Assembly: GCA_951406725.2 (NCBI GenBank)
Contig: OX597820.1
Span: forward strand, 117,614,001 to 117,678,000
Direction: 5' to 3'
DNA: 64,000 nucleotides
Source of the DNA: Octopus vulgaris
Taxonomy: Eukaryota
The position numbers were made by a program, and so were the translations under genes. Below are positions 1 through 11,450 of the stretch, piece by piece. Below the pieces are notes generated by a model, which saw only the letters and a program-made list of their open reading frames with translations, did no database searches and was not told where the DNA came from. Position 1 is the first letter of the stretch, and each line of letters starts with the position of its first letter.

Positions 1-311
1 CTTCTGTTGCAGACTTAGGCTCATCTAAGGCTTGTAACGGAAAATTTGGCACATGAAATCTGTAGAAACCATTCTGGTGGATGCCACATAAAAAGCACCT
101 CTGCTGGAACCATGTAAGAAACACCCTTGCTAGTGCCATGTAATAAGCGCCCACACTTGGGCCACATAAGATCCATCCCTGCTTGTGCCACATTAAAAAG
201 CACCTGCACCCATGCCACATAAAATGCACCCAAAACACTCTCTGTAAAGTGGCTGGCGTTAGGAAGGGCATTCGGCCATAGAACCTTGCCAGCATGGAAA
301 ACACATGTTAG

Positions 312-806
<495 letters not shown>

Positions 807-1174
807 CATCATAACGACTGAATCTGTTTCGGGAAGGTAGACTTAATCCATTGCTCTCTTTAGAAGTTTTAATAAAGTCCAATCTGTTGCGGGGATTTGA
901 ACCTAGTCTGCAATCTCCACTTTTGACCAAAACACAAAAAGAACATTGGTTATTCCACTAGACTGTCTTTGAGCCCTTGACAGAATACATATCGGAGAGG
1001 CACTGCGTGAATGCTGTCTGTAATTCACTACCATCAGGACATCTGGTGAAATGACCCGACTCTCAGCTGCAAATAAACAAGGAAAAGATCTGGATTTGGG
1101 GCATTCTAGATTCACGTTCCATCTTTGACATCTGTTGGATCAAAGATCAATAACAGTAACAGCAATGACATCAA

Positions 1175-1405
1175 CAGCAGCAGCAGCAGCCATTCAAGAA
1201 TTTGGACCTGGAGATCTCCATTTCCAGCGACTTCGAGGGCCACCTCCCAGTGGTGTCGGGCGTCAACGAAGAGCCCTCGACTACAAGACGACCAAAGTTT
1301 TTTTTTTTTTTTTCCAAGGTCTGGGGTCTCCCGCCCCTAAACCCTAGACCATCACCTAATCACCCTTATCCATTTTGTTGCTTAACAACAACAACAACAG
1401 CAGTA
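1175..1405. repeat. Unclassified ~220-bp dispersed repeat (second copy at 12484-12712)
   Basis: Near-identical blocks bounded by (CAG)n and (CAA)n. Confidence 0.8.
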
Positions 1406-1912
1406 GTATATCTAATTACTTCTGGAAAGTCGTTAATCAAATTCCTGCCCCACCCCCAGCCTTTACTATTGCCAGCAGACAGCAAGGAGGCTTTCTGTTG
1501 TGCAAAATAACACCAAGATGCTACGGTTGGTTTCATATTTGCTTATCAGTTCATATTCAGAATTGGATGGAATACAAAGAGAAAAGAGAAAAATAGGATT
1601 GGATCTATTTGTTGTTAATATAAAGTTCAAAAATAAAAACCAAATAACTATAAGTATAATTTGATTTTAATATATATATATATATCATCATCATCATCAT
1701 CAACGTTTAACATCCTTTTTCCATGCTGGCATGGGTTGGACGGTTTGAGTGGGATCTGGGAAGCCAGGAGGCTGCACCAGGCTCCAATATATATATATAT
1801 ATATATGTGCATGTGTGTGTGTGGGTGTCTGTGGATCTGACGATACACCATAAAGTTAAACCCTTTATGGACGGGAAACCCAGGGTAACCCCATAAATCG
1901 GCCTTCCCCAGT

Positions 1913-1944
<32 letters not shown>

Positions 1945-2035
1945 AATCCTTGTTTAACATCCGTTTTCCATGCTGGCATGGGTTGGATGGTTTGACTGGG
2001 ATCTGGGAAGCCAGGAGGCTACACCAGGCTCCAGC

Positions 2036-2066
<31 letters not shown>

Positions 2067-2165
2067 TATTAGAGACAAAACCACTATTTTGCAAAACAAA
2101 CAAGGAAAGACTTAATCAATACATAAAATTTTAATAAATAGTCAAAAAAACCGCCACTACAATCG

Positions 2166-2227
<62 letters not shown>

Positions 2228-2229
<2 letters not shown>

Positions 2230-2612
2230 GAGTGGCTGTGTGGTAAGTAGCTTGTTTACCAACCACATGGTTCCGGGTTCAGTCCCACTGCATGGCACCT
2301 TGGGCAAGTGTCTTCTACTATAGGCTCGGGCCGACCAAAGCCTTGTGAGTGGATTTGGTAGACAGAAACTGAAAGAAGCCCGTCGTATATATGTATATAT
2401 ATATATGCATGCGTGTGTTTGTGTGTCTGTGTTTGTCCCCCTAGCATTGCTTGACAACCGATGCTGGTGTGTTTATGTCCCCGTTACTTAGCGGTTCGGC
2501 AAAAGAGACCAATAGAATAAGTACTGGGCTTACAAAAGAATATGTCCCGGGGTCGAGTTGCTCCAGCATGGCCGCAATCAAATGACTGAAACAAGTAAAA
2601 GAGTAAAGAGAG
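2228..2612 (+). mobile_element. tRNA-derived SINE family A
   Basis: A-box tggctgtgtgg, B-box ggttcagtcc, internal (TA/TG)n and an (agtaaa)n-like tail. About 19 full or partial copies occur in the window. Confidence 0.85.
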
Positions 2613-2868
2613 AGAGTATATATATATATATGTGCATGTGTGTGTGTGGGTGTCTGTGGATCTGACGATACACCATAAAGTTAAAGCCTTTATGGATGGG
2701 AAACCCAGGGTAACCCCATAAATTGGCCTTCCCCAGTAAAATCATCATCAACTTCATTGTTTAATGTCTGTTTTCCATGCTGGCATGGGTTGGACGGTTT
2801 GGCTCAACTAAAGGCAGTGCTCCAGCATGGCCGCAGTCAAAGGACTTAAACAAGTAAAAGAATAAAAG

Positions 2869-2906
<38 letters not shown>

Positions 2907-3247
2907 CACACACACACACACACATATTTATTGGAGCTTTTTAAATTTTAAATAAATGTTGAATATTTGAAAAATTTCCACAAAGATAGAAATATCTATT
3001 TTTGTAATTTTGAAAATACAAGTAAAACAATTTTTTTCTTTTAAAGTGAAGGATTTTTTTTTTTGTACAAAATTGAAAGAAAAATTAATAAGGCATTAGA
3101 AGAGAATGACTCTCCCCAGACACAATAAAATATGCTTCAACACACGAATTCACATAAAGAATCTTGCAAAGCAAATAAGAAAACGAAAGAAAGAAAAATT
3201 GTTGGATTTCAAAGTTTTTAGTTGTTTTGAGTTTCTATTGAGGGAAG

Positions 3248-4045
3248 ACATTTTTGGCAGGTAAAAAAAAAAACAAATGGTCTTTGTAGAAACATGATAC
3301 TAAGACAGGTGTGTGTGTGAGTGAGTGTATGTGAGTATATGTGTGTGCACGTGTATGTGTGTGAGTGTATGTGTGTGCACGTGTGTGTGTGAGAGTGTAA
3401 CATTTTTGGCAGGTAAAAAAAAACAAATGGTCTTTACAGAAACATGATGCTAAGACAGGTGTGTGTGTATATGTGTGTGTGTGCACGTGTGTGTGTGTGC
3501 ACGTGTGTGTGTGTGCACGTGTGTGTGTGTGTGAGTGTATGTGAGTATATGTGTGTGCACGTGTATGTGTGTGAGTGTATGTGTGTGTGAGAGTGTAACA
3601 TTTTTGGCAGGTAAAAAAAAACAAATGGTCTTTACAGAAACATGATGCTAAGACAGGTGTGTGTGTGTATATGTGTGTGTGCACGTGTGTGTGTGAGTGT
3701 ATGTGTGTGCATGTCATGTATGTGTGTGCATGTCATGTATGTGTGTGTGTGCACACATGTGTATGAGTGTATGTGTGTGCATGTGTGTGTGCACATGTGT
3801 GTATGTGAGTGTACGTGTATGCATGTGTGTGTGAGTGTATGTGTGTGTGCATGCATGTGTGCTTGTGTATATGTGCACATGCACATGTGTGTAGATGTAC
3901 ATGAATACACATGTATGCATCCATGTGCATGTATGCAAGTGTGTCCACATGTGTGTATGCATGCATGCATGTGTGCATTGTATGCATACATGTGTGCACA
4001 TACATGTATGTACATATGTACACATGTTTGTGCATACATGTATTC
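3248..4045. repeat. Triplicated ~62-bp unit interleaved with (TG/CA)-type simple repeat
   Basis: acatttttggcaggt(a)n caaatggtctttacagaaacatgatgctaagacaggt at ~3248, 3400 and 3598. Confidence 0.85.
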
Positions 4046-4234
4046 TTTTACAATTCAGCTTTATAGAATATCAAGTTGTAATAAATATGTCTTTCCTAAG
4101 AATATTTAATAATATTTGAGATCCAAAGGTGGCAAGCTAGCTGAATCGTTAGCACACCGGATGAAATACTTTGCGGTATTTCATCTGTCCTTATGTTCTG
4201 AGTTCAAATTCCACCAAGGTCGATTTTGCCTTTC

Positions 4235-4685
4235 ATCCTTTTGGGGTCAATTAAATAAGTACCAGTTACGCACAGGTGTCGATTTAATCAAATCATCCTC
4301 CCCAAAATCATTCTTTTGGGGCCAATTAAATAAGTAACAGTTATGCACTGGGGGTCGATCTAATCGACTGGCCCCCTCTCCAAAATCTTCCTTTCGGGGT
4401 CAATTAAATAAGTACCAGTTATAAACTGGGGCCGATCTAATTGACTGGCCCCCTCTCCAAAATCATCCTTTCGGGGTCAATTAAATAAGTACCAGTTATA
4501 AACTGGGGCCGATCTAATCGACTGGCCCCCTCTCCAAAATCATCCTTTTGGGGTCAATTAAATAAGTACCAGTTATAAACTGGGGCCGATCTAATCGACT
4601 GGCCCCCTCCCCAAAATCATCCTTTTGGGGTCAATTAAATAAGTACCAGTTATACACTGGGGCCGATCTAATTGACCGGTCCCCT
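4235..4685 (+). repeat. ~77-bp tandem repeat (six units) of the SINE B core
   Basis: caattaaataagta recurs at ~4248, 4323, 4401, 4478, 4555 and 4632. Confidence 0.9.
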
Positions 4686-6059
4686 CCTCCCCCCACAATT
4701 TCAGGCCTTGTGCCTCGAGTATTACTAATATTTGAGACCCATAGTAGTTTATGCCTTCACACTAAATCTAAATCTCGAATTTAACTCACTTCAATTTTAC
4801 ACTTTTGTACAATTTTCTCTTTCTAATTATTGGATAAAAATACATCTTCATGCGCTGACACAAGCCATAAATCTAAAAAGATGAAGGAGAGTATATAATC
4901 ATGTGTTCCATTAAATACCAATTATTTTCATCTCTTGCATTCCATACAGGAATATTAAATCAACTTCTCTTACTCGACTCACTCTTTATTCTATTGGTTT
5001 TGCAAAGCTAAAACCATAATGTTGCCATCTATGAGATTTGAAATCGGAGCATAAAGCATCATAACTAAATAATCACAGGTGTTTTGTGCAGGTAATTTTG
5101 TCCGATTTGTTCCAGTCCACCACCTAATAGTTAATTATAGTGATTCTTTGAAATGCCTGCTTCCCATTTTATAACAAGTCATGATGGAGCAAAGGCAATG
5201 AGTGGCAGAACCATCATCACATTGCACAGAATGCATAGTGGCATTTCTGCTGAGGTCAACTGATGCCACATAGTAAGCAACCGTGTCACATAAAAAGCAC
5301 CTGCATTGGTGTCACATAAAAATGCACCTGTGTTGGTGCCACATAAAAAGCACCTGTGTTGGTGCCATGTAAAACTCCCCTGTGCCACTGCCATATGATA
5401 AGCACTTAGTACACTCTGTAAACTTGTTGGTGTTAGGAAGGGCATCCAGTCATGGAAACCTTGCCAAAACAGATGACAGAAGCCTGGTGCAGCTCTCCAG
5501 CCTTGCCACCTCCTGTCAAAATTTCCAACCCAGAGCACCATGGAAAACAGACATTGAATGATGATGGTGATGATGATGATAATGAAAAGAATTTAGCAAA
5601 CATAAAATTTTCTGTAAAGTACTTTAAGCAGAAGAGTTTCAATGCAGGTATTATCAAAATCACCTCAATATAGCAGCCAAAATCTCCCTCAACAAAGTTC
5701 CTGTTTGTCTTTAAAAGAAATGAAATATGTTTTTATCTTTCAAGCATATGTTGTATGTTAGAAGTGAATTTGCCCCACAACAAAGACAAGATTGTCACAA
5801 ACTGATTGGCAAGCGTTAATTAATGATGAAATGGCCTGAAGAGCTGATAAAAAGGAAAACAGTTACAAATCACTGGGGTGGAGGTGCAGCGTAGGAAAAT
5901 ACAGAAACAACATGAAATTATTTTACACAGACGCCACATACACATATACATATTTATAAATATGCAGGTATATATATACATACAATAATACACACACACA
6001 TACACATGTCTATAATAAGCATTTACATATGTGGATATATATACAATAATAGACATATA

Positions 6060-6259
6060 CTCTTTTACTCTTTTACTTGTTTCAGTCATTTGACTGCAGC
6101 CATGCTGGAGCACCTCCTTTAGTTGAGCAAATAGACCCCAGGACTTATTCTTTGGATACCTAGTACTTATTCTATCGGTCTCTTTTGCCGAACCACTTAG
6201 TTACGGGGACGTAAACACACCACCATCGGTTGGGGGAACAAACAGACACACAAACATAT

Positions 6260-6323
<64 letters not shown>

Positions 6324-6420
6324 GTACAATGGGCTTCTTTCAGTTTCCGTCTACCAAATCTACTCACAAGGCTTTGGTCGGCCCGAGGCTATAGTGGGAG
6401 ACACTTGCCCAAGGTGCCAC
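6060..6420 (-). mobile_element. SINE family A, 5'-truncated
   Basis: Homology to 2228-2612. Confidence 0.8.
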
Positions 6421-6424
6421 ATCT

Positions 6425-8185
6425 GGAGAGCTAATGGCTGCACCAGGCTCTAATCTGGTTCGGCAATGTTTCTACAGCTGGATGCCCTTCCTAATGCCAA
6501 CCATTCCGAGAGTGTAGGGAGTGCTTTTTACATGCCACTGTCACAGGAACCAGTCAGGGGGCACTGGCCACAGCTATGAACCATTGTTTTACTTAACTCA
6601 ACAGGTCTTCTCAAGTATATCATATCACCCAACACATCAGGGGTATTCTGAACAGAGCTGGACATGTGTGGCTGCGATCTCACTTTAGTTGCCGGGTCTT
6701 CTCAATCACAGCATATCTCCAAAGGTCCTGATCTGTCATTGCCTCTGTGAAGCCGAATGTTAGAAGGTCATGCTTCACCACCTCATCCCATGTTTTCCTG
6801 GGTCTACCTTATCTACAAGTTCCTTCCACAGTTAGGGAGTGGCACTTCCTCACACAGCTGTCTTCATTCATACGTAACACATGACCATACCAGTGCAGAC
6901 GCCTCTCATGCACACCACATTTGATGTTTCTTATGCCCAAATTTTCTCTTAGTGTACTTACACTCTGTCATGTATGTACACTGACATTACACATCCATCA
7001 GAGCATATTGGCTTCATTCTTTCAAGCCTATGCACCTCCTCAGCATTCATGGCCCATGTTTCATTGCTGTGTAGCATGGCAGTTTGCACACATGCATCAT
7101 ACAGTCTACCTTTTACTCTGAGCGAGAGGCCCTTTGTTACCAGCAGAGGTAAGAGCTTTCTGAACTTTGCCCAGGCTATTCTTATTCTAGCAGCTATGCA
7201 CTCAGAACATCCACCCACACTACAGACTTAGTCACCTAGGTAGCAGAAGCTATCAACTACTTCTAGTTTCTCCCCCTGGCATGGGATGGAATCTGTTTTC
7301 TGTATATCTTCAGCGTTTATTGCCCCTGTGCATCTGCCACACACAAAAACTATTTTCCCAGTTAACCTTCCTTGGATATTGCTGCACCTCTTATGTGTCC
7401 AAAGCTTAACCAGGTACATCGCATGGAATTTCAACTCACACCTTTTCTATAGATCGAGCAGGGCCATCTACCTGAAGGGGATTGTGATTTGACAACCATC
7501 CTACTTACTAAAACTTTGGTTTTTGCCAAGTTAACCCTAAGCCCCTTCACTTCTAGACCTTGCTTCCACACCCTAAACTTCGTCTCTAGTTCTGGCTGTG
7601 ACTCGGCTCCCAGGAGCATCCTGTCTTGAATTACTCTGTTATTGTCTAGAGAACTATAATGAATAAGAGGGGCAGAGGACTGATCCTTGGTGAACCCCTA
7701 CTTCTACTTGGAATTTTTCAGTATACTTGTTGCCAACCCTCACCTTACTGACAGCATCCCTGGCAGCTCTTACTAACCACTTCTCTATCCCCAGTTTCCT
7801 CATTGACCACCAGATAAGGGATCAGATGACCCTGTCAAAGGCTTTCGCCAAGTCAACAAAAGCCATGAACAGAGGTTTATCTTTGGCTATGTATTTCTCC
7901 TGCAGTTGCCTTACCAGAAATATAACATCAGTGGTGCTTCTACCTGGCACAAAACCAAACTGCATCTCATCTAGGCTAACTCTCTCCCTAATTAGTTGGG
8001 CTATGACCCTCTCCATGACCTTCATCATCTGATCCAACAACTTGATACCCCTGAAGTTATTTCTGTCTAAAACATCACCTGTACCTTTGTGGCAGTTGAC
8101 TATGATGCTGCTACACCAGTCATTGGGTATGACTCCTTCATGAACTACCTGATTTACAATACGGGTGACAAGACCATAACCCACA
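6425..8185 (-). mobile_element. Degenerate 5'-truncated RTE LINE copy of the same family
   Basis: Fragmented ORFs 7822-8184, 7431-7619, 7228-7434 and 6958-7218 match the 36523-38388 protein. The YADD region is deleted and frameshifts are present. Confidence 0.92.
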
Positions 8186-8236
8186 TTTGATTAATATCAC
8201 AGCTTTGTATTATGTCAATATCATACTTGTATGGTG

Positions 8237-8393
8237 TGGGCATGGCTGAACGGTAAGAAGTTTGCTTCCCAACCACATGGTTCCAAGTTCAGTCCCACTG
8301 CATGGCACCATGGGCAAGTGTCTTCTATGATAACCTTGAACTGACTAAAGCTTGTGAGAGGATTTAGTAGATGGAAACTGAAAGAAGCCCATC

Positions 8394-8434
<41 letters not shown>

Positions 8435-8650
8435 TGTGTGTGTGTGTGTGTTTTTCCCCACCACAGCTTGACAACTTATATTGGAGTGTTTATGTCCCCA
8501 TAACTTAGCAGTTCAGCGAAAGAGACTAATAGAGTAAGTATTGGGCTTAAAGAATAAGTACTGGAGTCAATTTGTTCGACTAAAATTCTTCAAGGCAGTG
8601 CCCCAGCTTGGCCACAGTCTAATAACAGAAACAAGTGAAAGAATAAAAGA
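8237..8650 (+). mobile_element. SINE family A (diverged)
   Basis: Homology to 2228-2612. Confidence 0.8.
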
Positions 8651-8812
8651 GCGTGATTGTTACATTTAAATGTTAGCATAGACAGAAAAAGCCAGGATCT
8701 GGATTTAATAAGGAAAAACATTAGAAAACAATGAAACAATCCAAACAAATAAAAAAACAAACAAATTTGAGTGGATGAACCAAAGTGAATAAGACAGAAA
8801 TTTAATTCTTAC

Positions 8813-8941
8813 TTTTCAATGGTTTCTTGAAGTCCTCTTTTAGTTTTCTTAGCTTTAGCAACAGCTGAGACGAGGGATGTAAAAGAACGATTTTTTCTGA
8901 GATCTGAAACAACATTTTCCATTATGTCCTGGACATACTGT
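8813..8941 (-). CDS. IQCG: Next exon of the DRC9/IQCG-like gene (129 nt, phase 2-2)
   Basis: Acceptor ttttttaattatttgcAG and donor AA|GTAAG. Encodes (R)QYVQDIMENVVSDLRKNRSFTSLVSAVAKAKKTKRGLQETIE(K), in frame with the 63723-63967 exon. Confidence 0.78.
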
Positions 8942-9055
8942 CTGCAAATAATTAAAAAAATTGATACTATAATAATATAAATTTCTATCAATCTAACTTT
9001 ATGTTTGCATGGGTAAATTACATCATTATGAAGACATTAGCTATTGGAATTTATA

Positions 9056-9466
9056 ACTCTTTACTCTTTACTCTTTTACTTGTTTCAGTCATTTGACTGC
9101 GGCCATGCTGGAGCACCGCTTTTAGTCGAGCAAATCAACCCCGGGACTTATTCTTTGTAAGCCCAGTACTTATTCTATCAGTCCCTTTTGCCGAACCGCT
9201 AAGTGACGGGGACGTAAACACACCCGCATCGGTTGTCAAGCAATGCTAGGGGGACAAACACAGACACACACACACACATACATATATATATACATATATA
9301 CGACAGGCTTCTTTTCAGTTTCCGTCTACCAAATCCACTCACAAGGCATTGGTCGGCCCGGGGCTATAGCAGAAGACACTTTTCCAAGATGCCATGCAGT
9401 GGGACTGAACCCGGAACCATGTGGTTGGTTAGCAAGCTACTTACCACACAGCCACTCCTGCGCCTA
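9056..9466 (-). mobile_element. SINE family A, full length
   Basis: Homology to 2228-2612, with head aggcgcaggagtggctg on the minus strand. Confidence 0.88.
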
Positions 9467-10659
9467 GGTTTTCCTTATAGAAATCCTTCCAAACTCATTA
9501 AAATATCCACCAGATGATGGAAGAATTACACAAAAAGCTTAAAATAGGGTCTGCTGGTGTATAGCAACCAGCGAAAAATGAAGAGAACCAGTGAGGTCTT
9601 AATTATGCAGGGTTTTATGATGACCATTTGTCAGCCAATTAGGTTTTCTATCTATGGCCATCTTGTCTTCATTTCTGGGATATGAAATCTGGAGCTGAAT
9701 ACTCCAGTATATACAAGTATATTTATCTATTATATTAATCTAGCACATTTCTTTAGAAGAATGTAGGGTGACATTTGAGGCAGATTTATCTATTATTTTC
9801 AGCAGATCAAGCAACTATATTGAGGCTTCCTCACAACTTTGTGTATAAGTGTAGGTATATGAATGCATGCCAGTATATATTTCTTTACTACCCACAAGGG
9901 GCTAAACCTAAAGGGGGCAAACAAGGACAGACAAACGGATTAAGCCAATTACATCGACCCCAGTGTGTAACTGGTACTTAATTTATCGACCCCGAAAGGA
10001 TGAAAGGCCCAGTCAACCTCGGCGGAATTTGAACTCAGAACGTAACGGCAGACGAAATACCGCAAAGCATTTCGCCCGGCATGCTAACGTTCCTGCCAGC
10101 TCGCCGCCTTTTTCTGCCAGCTCACCGCCTTTTATGCATGCCAGTATATATGTGTGTGTGTGTGTGTGCATGTGCATCCGCACGTGCATGTATGAGGTGG
10201 GGAAGTATGGTCTTTTGCTCACTACATCTGATGCTTCTTAAATCCAACTTTTCTCTCAGGGCGCTTACACTCTGTCGTGTATGCACATAAAAAGCACCAT
10301 TTGGGCATGGCCGTTGCCAGTTCCACCTGACTGGCCCTCGTGCCAGTGGCATGTAAAAGCACCCACTACACTCTCGGATTGGTTGGCGTTAGGAAGGGCA
10401 TCCAGCTGTAGAAACTCTTCCAGATCAGATTGGAGTTTGGTTTGCCAGACCTCAGTCAAATCGTCCAACCCATGCTAGCATAGAAAGCGGACGTTAAATG
10501 ATGATGATGATGATGATGATGATGATAATCCAAATAATGTAAGAGTTTGTCAATGGAGAAATGGAGAAATAGGATCTAAATTTGACGAGGTGCTGTAACA
10601 ACTAAAATAAATAATGGAAATGTGAGTTAGAAAAGGAATTATAGAAATTTTAATGAAAT

Positions 10660-11450
10660 ATTTAAGACAGAACTTTTGCAACAAGTTTCATAATGTCTGC
10701 TTTTGTGTTAGAGAAAACCTTAAAATGCTTTACTAATTTCATTTCTGAAAAGTTTTGCTCACAAATGAAAATACTACCAAAGATTGAAAACATACAAGCA
10801 GCAAACTTGTTTAAAAATGGAAATTCTTCCCAGGCAGAAATACATAAAATTCTACAAGACTCTCTCTTTAATCTTTTTGATGCCAACCTGCCTGAAACTG
10901 CACCAAGTTCTTTGACAGAAGCTTTCTGTTTCAAAGTGAACTAAGTTAAAAACCTTCCATCAATGTCTCACATTAATTTATGTTCCAGACTCTAGAATCA
11001 AAATGACAAAAGTATTTTACTAAATTCTTAATTATTTTCAAAAGGCTACAAGAATATGGTAACAGAAGAGTTAAACATAGATTTCAGTTTCTCATTCCTT
11101 CTATTTGATACATAATGGTAGTTTCTTCTGGTGACACATTAAAAGAATTCTAAACATCAATTTCTGTCTGATAACTATGAAACACATGGAATCTTTTAAC
11201 AAATTCTTCCTTTAAATGTTTTGGTGCTTTAGTACATGTTTTTATTGAGTTCAATGAAGCATTCTACTCATTCAGCATTCCGTTGCAATAAGAGAACCAC
11301 TCAATACTAGCGAGATACTATTTACATTTTTAGAACTTTTTTTTTTTTTGAAACCATACTAAATTCCTGCCATGTATTCAAACAAACATCAGTCTATGAC
11401 ATTGCGCAGTTGTAATGAGAAGACTTTTAATGAAAAAGATAATTAATCCC
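10660..11450 (-). mobile_element. Old hAT (GTF2IRD2/SPIN-like) transposase C-terminal fragment
   Basis: EFPFLNKFAACMFSIFGSIFICEQNFSEMKLVK resembles the hAT dimerisation motif (FGSTYxCEQxFSxMK). The upstream extent is uncertain. Confidence 0.6.

Noticed and set aside
810-1135. Possible downstream DRC9 exon
   Set aside because: Minus-strand frames show no coiled-coil DRC9-like peptide and no clear splice sites. The next exon probably lies outside the window.
2131-2457. Recurrent ORF 'ASFSFRLPNPLTRLWSARGYSRRHLPKVPCSGTEPGTMWL'
   Set aside because: It is the antisense translation of SINE A, and stops and frameshifts differ among copies.
5830-5870. ctgaagagctgataaaaaggaaaacag as another hammerhead
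   Set aside because: CUGAAGA is present but stem II and stem I pairing are too weak to call.
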